In this document: piece after piece, positions 1 to 11,800 of the stretch | Layout: every line of letters starts with the position of its first letter | Position numbering within the stretch: position 1 is the first letter of the stretch | Source of the DNA: Nemertoderma westbladi | Lineage: Eukaryota; Animalia; Xenacoelomorpha | Assembly (NCBI GenBank): GCA_032718475.1 | Contig: JAUCBJ010002815.1 | Location: 1-38,615, forward strand | Direction of reading: 5' to 3' | DNA length: 38,615 bases | Notes under the pieces: generated by a model | What the model was told of the DNA's origin: nothing | Seen by the model: only the letters and a program-made list of their open reading frames with translations | Database searches by the model: none | Made by a program: the position numbers and the translations under genes

Positions 1-110
1 AGATGATCCTCAGTACCAGTACTGCATACTGTATATTACGGTACCAACTGCAGAAAAACTGTAATGCAGAAATACAGCAGTTTTGTACTGTATAAACTGA
101 AACTAAGCTA

Positions 111-629
111 AAACCTGAACCAATTGTTTACTACGATCATATGAAAGGAGGTGTGGATGTCGTGGATCTTGTTGCCATCGGTGCATCTACTAGGGCAAAG
201 ACGAAGCGGTGGACTTTGAATGCCAACTTCTTTCTCCTTGACACTGTGCGGACGAATGCAAGAACCTTGTACAATGAAGTGCAGAAGAAGAATCATTCCA
301 ATTTCGAGTTCACTTGGCTCCTGGGGAAGGAGTTGGTTACACCTTTCATGGTGTTGCGACTGGAACACCCTATTGGACTCCAAACGAATGTAGTCAATGA
401 AATGAAACGTGTGCTGAAGTGTGATGAGGGTGTGGCTCCAAAGAAGAGGAAAGACGAATTCGAATACGGTCGGTGTGCCATGTGTTTGGAGGATGTAGAT
501 CGTGGCTTCAAGAAAAGAAACAATTTGAACAATAAAATCAGAAATAAATGTGATAAATGTGGCAATTTTGTATGCACAACATATGAGGGCCATTTTGTTG
601 TAACATGTGGAAAATGTGTTGATGTATAA
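111..629 (+). pseudogene. piggyBac transposase, C-terminal fragment
   Basis: ORF 141-629 plus in-frame upstream codons from 111; the N-terminal two-thirds are absent. Confidence 0.85.
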
Positions 630-710
630 GCGATACCTTGTTACTTCCTTGCTTATATCATGTATGATGTATAAGCGATACCTTGTTACTTCCTTGCTTA
701 TATCATGTAT
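621..710. repeat. Perfect 45-bp tandem duplication at the transposase stop/3' UTR
   Basis: gatgtataagcgataccttgttacttccttgcttatatcatgtat occurs at 621-665 and 666-710. Confidence 0.95.
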
Positions 711-849
711 TTGAGGCCGAAAATAAATTTTTCCTGTTTTTTACCACATTTTCCCTTTGTTTTATGGCATCAGGTAAATTTACCCCACCCCCCCCCCCCC
801 GGGATACGTCATAAAAATACCCCCCCCCCCCCCCCCCCCCGGGACAGGG

Positions 850-998
850 TTAAAGGACACTGGCCTTGAAGATGCGGAAAATCTAGCAAATGTCATGGGT
901 GATAGGGAGTTGTGGCGGTGCAATTTTGTTGACAAACCGGCACGGCATTCTTAAAAATGCAGCTGCAATGCAGCATGCCGATCCTAGTAGTAGTAGTA
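850..998 (+). mobile_element. RTE-like LINE 3' end fragment with (TAG)n tail
   Basis: Near-identical to 6408-6546 and 22862-23005 (ttaaaggacactggccttgaagatgcgga...gatcctagtagtag). Cut on the left by the piggyBac at its internal TTAA. Confidence 0.9.
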
Positions 999-2741
999 CT
1001 AAATTGGTTATTGCGGTTCTAATGAGCACAATATTAATGCAATAGGATAACTCAAAGATAGCCATCGCGGAAAAGGACAATAATTTAATTATGGTGCATC
1101 ACGATGTCTCAAATTTTCAACACTCTTGGCATCTGTGAAGATATAGATGAAATTTATAGAAATTTTTTTTGCCGTATAACACTTGGCAACTTTTGTGCAA
1201 CGGTAGAACAATGAAGTCGAAAAAAAGTAAAATACGCAACGCCCTACTGTACATCTGTAGCACCACAGTTTGTACTGGTAGCGGTATATAAATCAAAGTG
1301 CCTAGCAACCAGTCCAGCTGTGAGTTGATATACAAATTGGCAATAATAGAGGCATTGCTTAGACATTTTGAAAATAATTTTTGTACAAACTGATGTAGAT
1401 TTATTTATCTTGGCTATCCGATTTGGACTGTGTATGACGAAACTGGTTAACATTTTGACTGTGTTGGGGTGTGTTTGTTTATGTGTATTTGGTTGTGTTT
1501 GATTGTGTGCTTAATTTCCTACTATCCCATGAATAGTCTACATGGAATCATACTGTCTCTCATTATTGGGATTCCAAATTTTTAAATCTTATAAATTTAG
1601 AAATTTAGAGTAAATATAGACACGCATTCACAGGCAAACTTCGAACTGCTGATATGTTGTATTGGGGGTTTCGTGCTCTTCTCTACAATACAGCCTATGG
1701 GTAGTCTGCATGATGGCTGTATTTATCACCAGTTGTTAGTCGGTTTGGGGACAAGAAGATTAATAGTCATTCTACTGTACTGATTTGCAGAGATTGTCTT
1801 GGCAGACTTTAGTGGGAAGACTTATCGCATCATTATTAGTGCCATTAGTTGACCCTGCATTTTGATCGGCTTGAGGTATTCGACCGTCGACCCTGGATTA
1901 TCACAACTCGATACTCAATAAAGCATTATTTTACCTGTGAGAACCATTGTAGTGAATAATTTGCTCTCGTTACTTAAAACAAACTTTTTTATACTGATTT
2001 GAAATAAAGACATTGTATGAAATGTGGGTTTAATATAATACTATAGCTTATAACATAAACAAGGTCTTCACACACAAACAAAAGGAAACTAATAGGTACG
2101 GTCGACCTTTTTATTATATAAACTATAGTTCATAGTAAGCATTAGCTTTTTAATTCTACTATGTAGACTACAGGCTGCCTTATACAGAATATGACAAAAA
2201 TAAGAGCAAATATAGCAAATTAAGTTAAAGTGAGATTCTCGTAGGCTCATCATCAGTTAGATAAGGTATATTAAAGAACATTCCATTTGCCATTCTCCCA
2301 TTCGTTAAAGAACATTAGGGTGCATTATGATAATGCTACCCTTGTTTTGTAATAAGCATAGTTGTGAATAATAATTATGTTTGTTCCAGACTGTTACAAT
2401 AGACTTGAGTACAATAATCTCTAAATAATGCAATTTTGACAAATACTGCCAAATTAGCTGTCGTCTAGAGAAAATGCACCTGATTAATAATTTCTAGATC
2501 ATCATCAGTGGACAAACTCAACAGTCAATATATACCCTAAATAAGTGAACAAATTCACAGTCTCAATTATTGGACCCAATTATTATAAATAGACATGAGA
2601 ACAATAAGATAATGCGAAGGACTATGGTAAAAACATACACATTATTATATTTAACATTAAATAAAAATTTCGTTTTCTTTCGTATATTTTACAGCGATAA
2701 AGAATACAAACATAAACAATAATGTAATATAAATTTTTTAG

Positions 2742-2859
2742 GAAAGATTCAACTATTTGAGCACACCAATTTTAGTGGAAAGAGCATGTTCTTTTATGGA
2801 AGTACATACCCTACGAGATTGGACGATCATTTGGTAAACAATATGTTTTCATCTGTCAT
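2742..2859 (+). CDS. Beta/gamma-crystallin gene, first visible exon (Greek key 1)
   Basis: ttttttag|GAAAG...TGTCAT|gtaagt; encodes GKIQLFEHTNFSGKSMFFYGSTYPTRLDDHLVNNMFSSV(I). Confidence 0.9.
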
Positions 2860-5800
2860 GTAAGTTAATAAACCATATTTTTAAATATACAATGTGAATA
2901 AGACAATATGATAAAGCTCGCCATAGCGAAAAATATCAACCGGCCCTATTGGGGCTCGAACCCGGTACCTAGGTTTCAAACTTCAGCCGGGTGAGTGTAC
3001 TGAGCTACCAGAACGGATGAATATTTCGCTGTGGAGTGGGAGATCATATTTAGGCCAACTAATCACTCAAAGGAAAGTACAAGTTCGTTATTCCCGTGCT
3101 CTGCCAGAAATGGCAACCGAGAAATTGTATATTTAATACACCGCGTCACTCACCCCACAACAATTCACTTATTATTATAAACCATATGTTTGTAAAACCA
3201 CTGTTTCACTTAGACCTGTAATAGATGCCAGTCACTTTTCTCACTTTAAATTTCTCATTTTGTCACTTTTAATCATGAGTACTGGTACTCTTCGATTCAT
3301 CAATTATCTTAAAAATCGTAGAAAAAAGTTAAAATAGGACTTGGGGGTGGTCCGATCACCCCTGAAGGTGAATCCCGTCCCCAAACCCAAGACTCATCCA
3401 TGCTTTGGGCTGCCACGCAGCCATAAAGAGTTTGATTGCAGGTGCTCAAACTGTAAGCACCTGTGAATACCACTGTAGTGAACCGACCCATATGCTGCTG
3501 TCCTGCCGGCTGCCGGCTGCCTGTCTCACCCCCTACTGGAGAGAGAGCAGCCAACAATTCTGTGAGTTTCCTGATGACCTTTCTGGACTAAACACTGGGT
3601 CACCAGGGAGGCCAGACTGTGAGGGGGAGAAGGATTCTGGAGTTGGAGGCTACTCTTATGTTCCACCCCGATCAACCAAGGTGAATCTAAAGCAAGTCAC
3701 TAGACTGACCTCAGTTAACACCCTAACACTCGGGTCCCCAATGCGACAAGTTGAGCTGATTGCCCTGGCATATAAGCTTTCTCTTAGCGCAGTGGGAATT
3801 CAAGAGCACCGAATGCAGACTGGACAGACTGATGAGGTTCTGATTAAGGACATGGGGGGCGGTTGGCGACACGCCCTCGCATCAGCAGATGATGGTGGCA
3901 ATGGTGGAATTGGTCTATTGATGAATCCAACTACACATGCAGCATTGGACAAAATAGACCAATTATCTAACCGCAGCTACTGATGGAGCTACTGATGGGA
4001 CTGGATGATGCATTCTTAATATTAGTGGCAGACTTTAATACAAGTATGGATCTATCACCTACTGCCCTGGATTTATAGCGATAGTTTAAACCGAAAGTTT
4101 GTCTATCTTCAGGATTTTATCTTTGGAAATAGTTATTTTCGGCTGGAACCCAGTTCAAGAAATGAACTGGAAAGCTATGGACTCATAGTGGACCTAGTGG
4201 TCACAAGTCCCAGATAGACCATATTCTGTTTCGTAGGAAATAAAGGAGATCTATACAAGACTGTAATCCATTTACACTTCCGCCCTTCTCCAGTGATCAC
4301 CGCCTTATTGAGGCCAAGTTAAGACTTAGTCTGTGTGCTAGCAGAACAACGAAATCTGCCTTGCCGCGACATGACTGGTCCATGACTGATCTGTTGCAAC
4401 AGTCAAGTGTGAGATCCAGCTTCACACTACAGCTGAGCAACTGGTATGAGGTTCTTGCCTCTGAGGCAGCAGATCACTGCGAGGGCTATACTGCCTTCAC
4501 AGAAGCAGTTAAGTTAGCAGCTGTAGAAACAGTTCATATATACCCTCGAAACAGGAAAAGGGCCCCCCTGGACTGACCACAAAATTCAGAAGTCCCGAAA
4601 TGACCTCTATAAGGTGCAGAAAGAGTCCAGACTCAAACAGCCTACAGCAGCCAAGAATGCAGTTAAGGCTGCATCTAGGTCCCTGAACAGGCAGTACTCT
4701 GTTAATCTAGAGGAGCTAATAAACCAACAGGTTGATATCATCAATGATGCTGACGACATTAGGCAATCATCCCAGGCATGGAAATCGATCAACTTGCTTA
4801 ATGGGCGGAAAAGCCAACCAACCACCAAGGTTTAAGCAGAATCACCAGCCGATCGCCTCAATGGTTGGAAGGCTCACTTTATAAAGCTCCTCAATAATGA
4901 CAGGGTATTGCCTAATACCTTTATAGAAGTAAAAGTGTCTGAGTCTGTACTCCCAGATATTCCCATTGGTGATATCTCCTTTGTAGAAGTGAAGGCTGCT
5001 GCAAAGAGCATTAAGAGCAATCGTGCCAGTGGAGTAGATGGTGTTCCCTCTGAGGTCTTTAAAATACCTGAGTGTTTAAAGCTCATCTATCCCATCATAG
5101 TAGACATGTACAGAACAATAAGATTCCCACAAGAAATGAAAACAAATAAGTTGGTGCCAGTTCCCAAGAAGGGCAACCTAACACTATGGTTCTTTTCGCG
5201 GAATCTTATTGATCTCGATTGCTGCAAAGCTATACAATATAATTATATTAAATCGCATCAGGGATCCCATTTAGAAACTACTCCGTGAAAATCAGAATGG
5301 GTTCCGTAAAGGTTGTGGGACCATGGAGTCCATTTTGGCACTTAGAAGGATAATTGAAGAGTTATAAAAAGCGAAAGACAGGCATCTGGCTGTTGTCTTT
5401 GTTGACTTCTTCAAGGCTTTTGATTCAGTCTCTCGCTCACGTATGTTCAGAATACTTTCATTATATGGGATTCCTGATGAAATTATTGCATCAATCATAT
5501 CAGTATAGGATGGTTTGACAACATTTGTGTCTACTGTTGATGGTGACACAGAACCATTTCAAGTATTATGGGGAGTCCTCCAAGTAGACACACTTGCGCC
5601 ATTCTTGTTCATAATTGTGGTTGACTATGTTCTACACATGACCTTAGTTCATCATAATGATGATGGGGTGATGGTAACCTACTACTGGCCACCTACTCGC
5701 TCCAGTAGTCGAGGAAATCGTGCCAAGTACCTAACTGATCTTGCTGATGACTTAGGAGTACTCTCAGAATCACTAGAGTGAGTCCAACGGCTCCTCAGCT

Positions 5801-8800
5801 CATTAGAACAGGCTGCTTATAGTGTTGGTCTTTTTATTAACTCCAAAAAGACCACAAATTTTGCAGTTAACTTTGAAAGTCCTCAGCAAGTCTCTGACCA
5901 ATTGAGCATAAGCTCAAAGGATGGTATGCTTGAGCAAGTGGACGACTTCTGTTACCTGGGATCATGGATACGGAAGTCAGGTGAGGACCTTCGAATACGT
6001 AAGGGAAAGGCATGGGCAGCCTTGAATAGGCTTTCCAGGATTTGGAAGTCACCAAGAATTAATCGGAAACTTAAGGTCCGATTATTTAGTGCAGCAGTAG
6101 TTCCAGTACTCCTCTATGGGAGTCCATGCTAGGCTCTAACTGCTGAGGACTGCAAATCTCTGGATGGCACATTCACAAGAATGCTACGCTGGGTGTCAAT
6201 TACAATGCGCTCATCTCCAACCAGACACTATATAACATTGGAGGTGTCTCATTGGTTCCCCCAAGCTTGACACTAGAACAAAGTCGCCTCCGCTTTGCAG
6301 GACATTGCTTTCGCCGTGAGGACCAGCCTGTGCATAATATTGTGATTTGGCAGCATCATGGAGTGAATAAGCATGGTAGACAGCCCATTACTTTCTTGAG
6401 AAGCATCTTAAAGGACACTGGCCTTGAAGATGCGGAAGATCTAGCAAACGTCATGGGTGTTAGGGAGTTGTGGCGGCGCAATGTTGTCGACAAGCCGGCA
6501 CAGCATTCTTATAAATGAAGCTGCAATGCAGCATGCCAATCCTAGTCCCCCCACCCCCCCCCCCCCCCAACCCCCCTACTGAATCTACTACTCTGAAATT
6601 TGGTGGAAACCTACACATTCATATAACAAACTCAAAACCAAAAAAAAATTTGAAAATCACGATAGTGACACCGTGTTGTCACTTTTCGCACAGAAAAAAA
6701 AATTTGTACCATGCTTATTGCGGCTCTATAGGTTTGAATGTTTTTTGAAAATTGGTCAAACCACGCTGATTCCAAACCCGTTGTCTATTTTTTCACTGCA
6801 ATTTAAGTTTTTCCGCAATTGCGAAATCAATTTTTTCGCATTTTCCTACTTGCACTTTTCGTGCTATTGTGGTGCTTCTTTAAGATTCCAAATTTTGACA
6901 TATAATTATACACCATCTTGTTATAAATGGCATAATCAGCGTTCAAAATAACCCAATATCACCGATATATACGGCATTGGATATAAGTTAACTGAAAAAA
7001 AGTAGTTTATTTGAAAATTATATATTTGAAAAGTTCTAGTAGGGGGGATCTTTTCATTTTCGAGCCATTTTATGTAACTACAGCGTCTTATAATTGTCAC
7101 CAATGAAATCAGCACATACGAAAACCTCAGTATGGGCGAGGATATTGACGATGTTGTAATTTATATATCAATATTTGAAATTTCACACTACTTCCACTTT
7201 TGGTGCACTTGTTGTAATTTTCAAATTTCCAAATTTCAACACGAAATTTTAGTCATAATTGTCTTCACTGGGTTCGGTGTTCAAAATAACCGAATTTTAA
7301 CGATTTATTTCACCATAGAGTGAAGTTACCCCAAAGAAACTGAAATCTGTAATTTCAGTGCTGAAAAGTGCTGACATAGGTGTCACAGCTTCCTTATATC
7401 TCGAAAACTACAGGTTGTGTGAACTTCTAGTTTTTTTTCATAATGATCGCTGATGAATTTGAGGAATTTACATGGTATTTTGAGTCCCCCCCCCCCCCCC
7501 CCTTGGGCTTTTCAGGGTTAAAGTACTGCATTGAATAACTGCATGTGTATGCTCTGCTCAGGTCAGGTCAGGTATTTTAGGTCATTGATCAAGAAAACAT
7601 ATGCCACCTCCATGCAGCATGCCGTGCTGCCTGTGGATGCATAGGGCATAATCTGGTCCTGTAACTTGGAACCCCTTTGAACTGGGATAGGGAGGGATGC
7701 CCTTAGTCCTGGATTAAGCACCAATTTACTCAGCTGCAGGGGTATATGGTCTGATTGCAGATGGTAATCTACCAAAGGCTGCTCAGGAGTAGAGTGTTCT
7801 CATGTCCAATTTGATTGCACTTCACCGCGACCTGCATCTTGCAGTAGGGGTACAGGGCATGGACCAGCACATGACCTGCATAGACAATGGTGGGTCAGGT
7901 GATGGGTATCATATCTAACTACACTGCGACACCCACCCTGTGGAATGGCAAACCAGTGTGTGGTATTTGCCCTGAGAGCTGACTCGGGAAAAAAGCTCCC
8001 CAAATCCCAGTACGGATTATATTAGTAATGCGAAGATGTTTGGCCACTAGAGGCCAGTGGAATTACCGGGCACAATTGCGTCACAGACGTCAGTTATCTC
8101 ATGACAGGGTGCCTCTCTCACCCCGTACTAGAAGGAGGGAGCAGTCAATAATTATGGGAGTCATTTCCTAATGATCTTTCTGGCCCAAACAAACCCTTGG
8201 TCACCAGGCAAGCCAGATTGTGAGGGGGATTCTCTCATGGCTATTCTCATGTTCCACCCCGACCAATCAAGCCAATGGTGAACCTGAGGCAATAATAAGC
8301 TTTCTTCTAGCGCAGTGGGTATTCAAGAGCACCGAATGCAGATTGGCCCTCGCATCAGCAGATAATAGTCGCAATGGTGGGATTGGTCTATTGATGAATC
8401 CAACTGCACATGCAGCATTGGACAAAGTGACCAAATCACTAATCGCATTACCTATTGCCACTTCTCAAGTTCTGGAAGAAAGGCTAATTCTGGGAATTAC
8501 TAATTATGTGTACCTATCTGTTTACAAACTGTTGTATTGACATACAGTCTATCAGACTATACCACAAGCAGAATGAATGTCAAATTGTGGGGTTCATATC
8601 CCACTTTAGTGGAATGTAGAACTATACGACTGCGCAAACTCTCAATAAACGACGAATCACCGTATTACCATCAGTGGTATTGATGGTGAGTCTCCTGCCA
8701 TGCTTCCTCATTTTAATTTAATTGGAGTTTGGAAAATAAAAATAAAAATTTATATTATTATTATTATAAATGCAATATTGTGAGCATAATATACACTACA

Positions 8801-11800
8801 TACATTACGGCATATGTAGTATGTGTATCCAGTGAACTGGTGTTTCAGTAGTGAGATGCCAGTGGTAGATGGCTGGCTATTCATGCATCCCTTATATGAA
8901 TGTTGTTATCCTCTGATGACCGCTATGACCTCCTTAAATTCGGATAATCGTCAACATGATAAATATTCAGTTATGTCAATTATGAATTTCATCCCTGAAA
9001 TGTACTACCATTCAATCACTGCATGCATGTGTATTCTCTGATGTATCATTAACCCTTTGCGTACCAAAGATAAATTACATACACTTTTCCTCCCAAGTTT
9101 CCTCCCAAATTTAAACTTCAAAGGACCAAGAAAAATATAATTGAACGGACCAAGGTTTATTTTCTGGCATTATTATATATATTATTGAATATTTGCAATG
9201 AATGCAACCCATATTCACAAATTAAACTTTGTATGTAATAACATAATATTGCACATAATTATTAACTACTTTGTGCTACGATTTTATTATATTAGTTAAT
9301 AATAAAATGTAAAGTTTGGGTGAACGACATCCTCCGGTCCTCGCACACAGCGAGGTAGTGTCGCTTACTTCTTATAGTGGCAGCGTTCATCTAACAATGA
9401 CTCTGTTGAATGGTTGGCCTAGGCATAAGACCGATGAGAAGCCCAGACCCCATGTGCAACCACATCGACCCGGACACCACCATCCACCAACCACCAAACC
9501 GGCGCTGTCCAGGTGACCATGGGACAGGGTCACCTCTTACAACAACACTCAAAGGTCCAACAATGGAGAAGTGAAGGTCTCCGAGGACGTCTTGGACCTC
9601 GACGTGCCTTTTAACGACCCGTCCACCCCCAACTTGCAGCTTAGTGCGTGGGGTAAAGAACTTGTCCCCACAACCCTGACATGTCACTGGCAGACCGGGA
9701 GTGACCAGGCAATACCAGAGCGCAAGGTTGTCGCAAATCTCCTCCGTATAGGTTTATTTTCTTGTCGTACCAGAGATTTTTATAGAATATCCAGAGATAA
9801 CCATATTATTACTTATCCTACCCTAAATTACTTATCCTACACTACCTTAATCATTTGTAACAAAATTATTGGCTAAATTAAAATTTAATTGCATAAATTA
9901 TGTAATTTAATATACCCTCAATCCAATAGAAATCCTTTCATCAATATTAAAATAACTTTTCTAGACCAGTTTTTCCTGCCCAAATCAAAACTCCACGTCT
10001 CCGTTCCAATAGACAAAGTTATAAGAGATTTTAAATTGGGTAATCATTGGGTACATACTGGGAGTTGAGTTGTAATTATATAAAGGGACACACGTGTGAC
10101 GGGATCTGAGATCCTGACCGGGTAAGATTTATACGCGTCACCTGACTGCTGGTCTGCTGGGCTAGTGTTCCTTTTGGCTGAAAGCCATTGGGGAAAAATA
10201 ACAGAGTTTGTGTTCCTCAATGTTAATGTTCCAATGATAATAGCACAGGATCAGTCACGGTATATGATTGAAATAGCAATACAGAATAACAACAGCAGTA
10301 TGTATAGTGATGATGGTTGAAAAGTATAACCGGTCTGCAACTCTGTGATTAATGAACTGACCGGTAAATCAGTAATACAGGATAGTGCCGAGCCGTTGTG
10401 ACGGGTGCGGGGCCGCGTTCGACCTGAACCATGGGTTGAACTGCAAGAAGGGCGGCCTTGTGATCCAACGTCACAACGAGTTGCGGGACACCATTGGCGA
10501 CCTCGCTGTGCTCGCGTTCGGACCACGCAACGTGACGTTGGAGCCCGTGGTGCGGGATCAGCTGGAGAGGGGAGACGTGGCTGGGCTGCAGTGTGACGTG
10601 GGGGTGCGGGGCGTGTTTAACATACAACTCAGGCGTTGTTTGATATTCGATCAACCAATCTTGACGCCGGATCGTACGTAAACCGCGCCTCCATGTCCGT
10701 GTTGGAATCCGCGGAAGACGAGAAAAAATGGCTTTATTTAGCCGCAGTAACCGCTCTTCGTGGAGACTTCTCGTCTTTCGTGGTTTCCTGCGAATAATCG
10801 CAGACAGATTGCATCGCTTGTGGGGTAAGCTTTACTTGTCTGCCATGGGTTGGGTACGCTCACGAGTGCTGTTTGCGGTTGTCCGTGGGACCTCCCACTG
10901 CCTGCGCGGGTCGTGCACCAAGTGGCGCAGCGGCCTGGGACTGGAGGATGGGGCCGGCCTACCTTCACAGCCGTAGCCAGGTGGCTGGTCGGTTGGTTGG
11001 GTGTAGTTGTAGGTCTATAGGTTGAACGATATGTTTTACAGTTTAAATTTCCCACGTCAAATTTTAATTGTCTGTCTGTCTGTCTGTTATTTATATTGCA
11101 TTTGATTGGTTGTTCTGGTGGTGGGTTTTTTAGTGATTTTTGATTAATAAAGATGTTGCGTTTTTTTTTATATGGGTTAATCAGTAATCTTAATTGTTAT
11201 GATATTGGCCTTATGTACCCAATGGATGCTTTCCTATCCTTTCCCACGTGCTACCCTGCCCGCTATTGGCTTATATACTAATTGTCACTTTGGCACTCCC
11301 TGTGAGTGTTTCCCCCTGCCGCTAGCCTTGACTAGCTGTGTTCTCCCTCCGAGGTGGTTTGACCTCTTACCTCTCTCTGTGGCTTTAGGGCCTGTATCGC
11401 CCCCCCCCCCCCCCCTCCGAGTTGGTTATGAGGCGAGATTATTATTGGTAATCTCGTATCGCCAACTATATTGGTAAAATGCCACTGGTCTCATTTTTGG
11501 GTGGATAATGCAAGGGAATTGAATCCGCTTACACTCCCCCCCCATGCTATCTTCCCGGTAAGAAGATAGCATCAACCTTAAGTGCGCTTCAATTCCGCTG
11601 GAACCCAATCTAATATTGGGTGTAGGGTGGAGTTCTTTTCTCGGGGCCGGCTTTCCAGACCGCCCCACCTGGGTGTGTTATTACTACCCACCATTGGTGC
11701 AATCGCGAGCTATGTTGCACCAAGGTATCTGGTGTCTCTGCTTGAGACAATTGTGCTCACTCTCCACACAATTTTCTTTAACTCTACTCAAATCTCTCAC

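Larger units (their letters stand above)
111..849 (+). mobile_element. piggyBac DNA transposon, 3' part (transposase C-terminus + right terminus)
   Basis: Translation KPEPIVYYDHMKGGVDVVD (piggyBac third-Asp motif, YN..KGGVD..D type), then RWT..FFLLD..NA..LY and a C-terminal Cys-rich domain (RCAMC...KCDKCGNFVC). Element ends ...GGGACAGGG followed by TTAA at 850-853. Confidence 0.9.

Noticed and set aside
1655-1981. Possible solo LTR (TGTTG...AAACA with AATAAA); similar candidate at 26291-26587
   Set aside because: No clean TSD and no second copy in the window; cannot be supported without a repeat library.
2236-2510. CTGATGA hammerhead-like cores on the minus strand (~2250, ~2503)
   Set aside because: No properly placed stem II + GAAA could be built.
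2230-2741. Additional upstream crystallin exons or start codon
   Set aside because: The AG/GT pairs tried (near 2245, 2390, 2498, 2627, 2695) gave stops or the wrong phase; the 5' end remains unresolved.
6515-6748. Poly-proline ORF (also 34994-35233)
   Set aside because: Arises from poly-C tracts at the MITE end.
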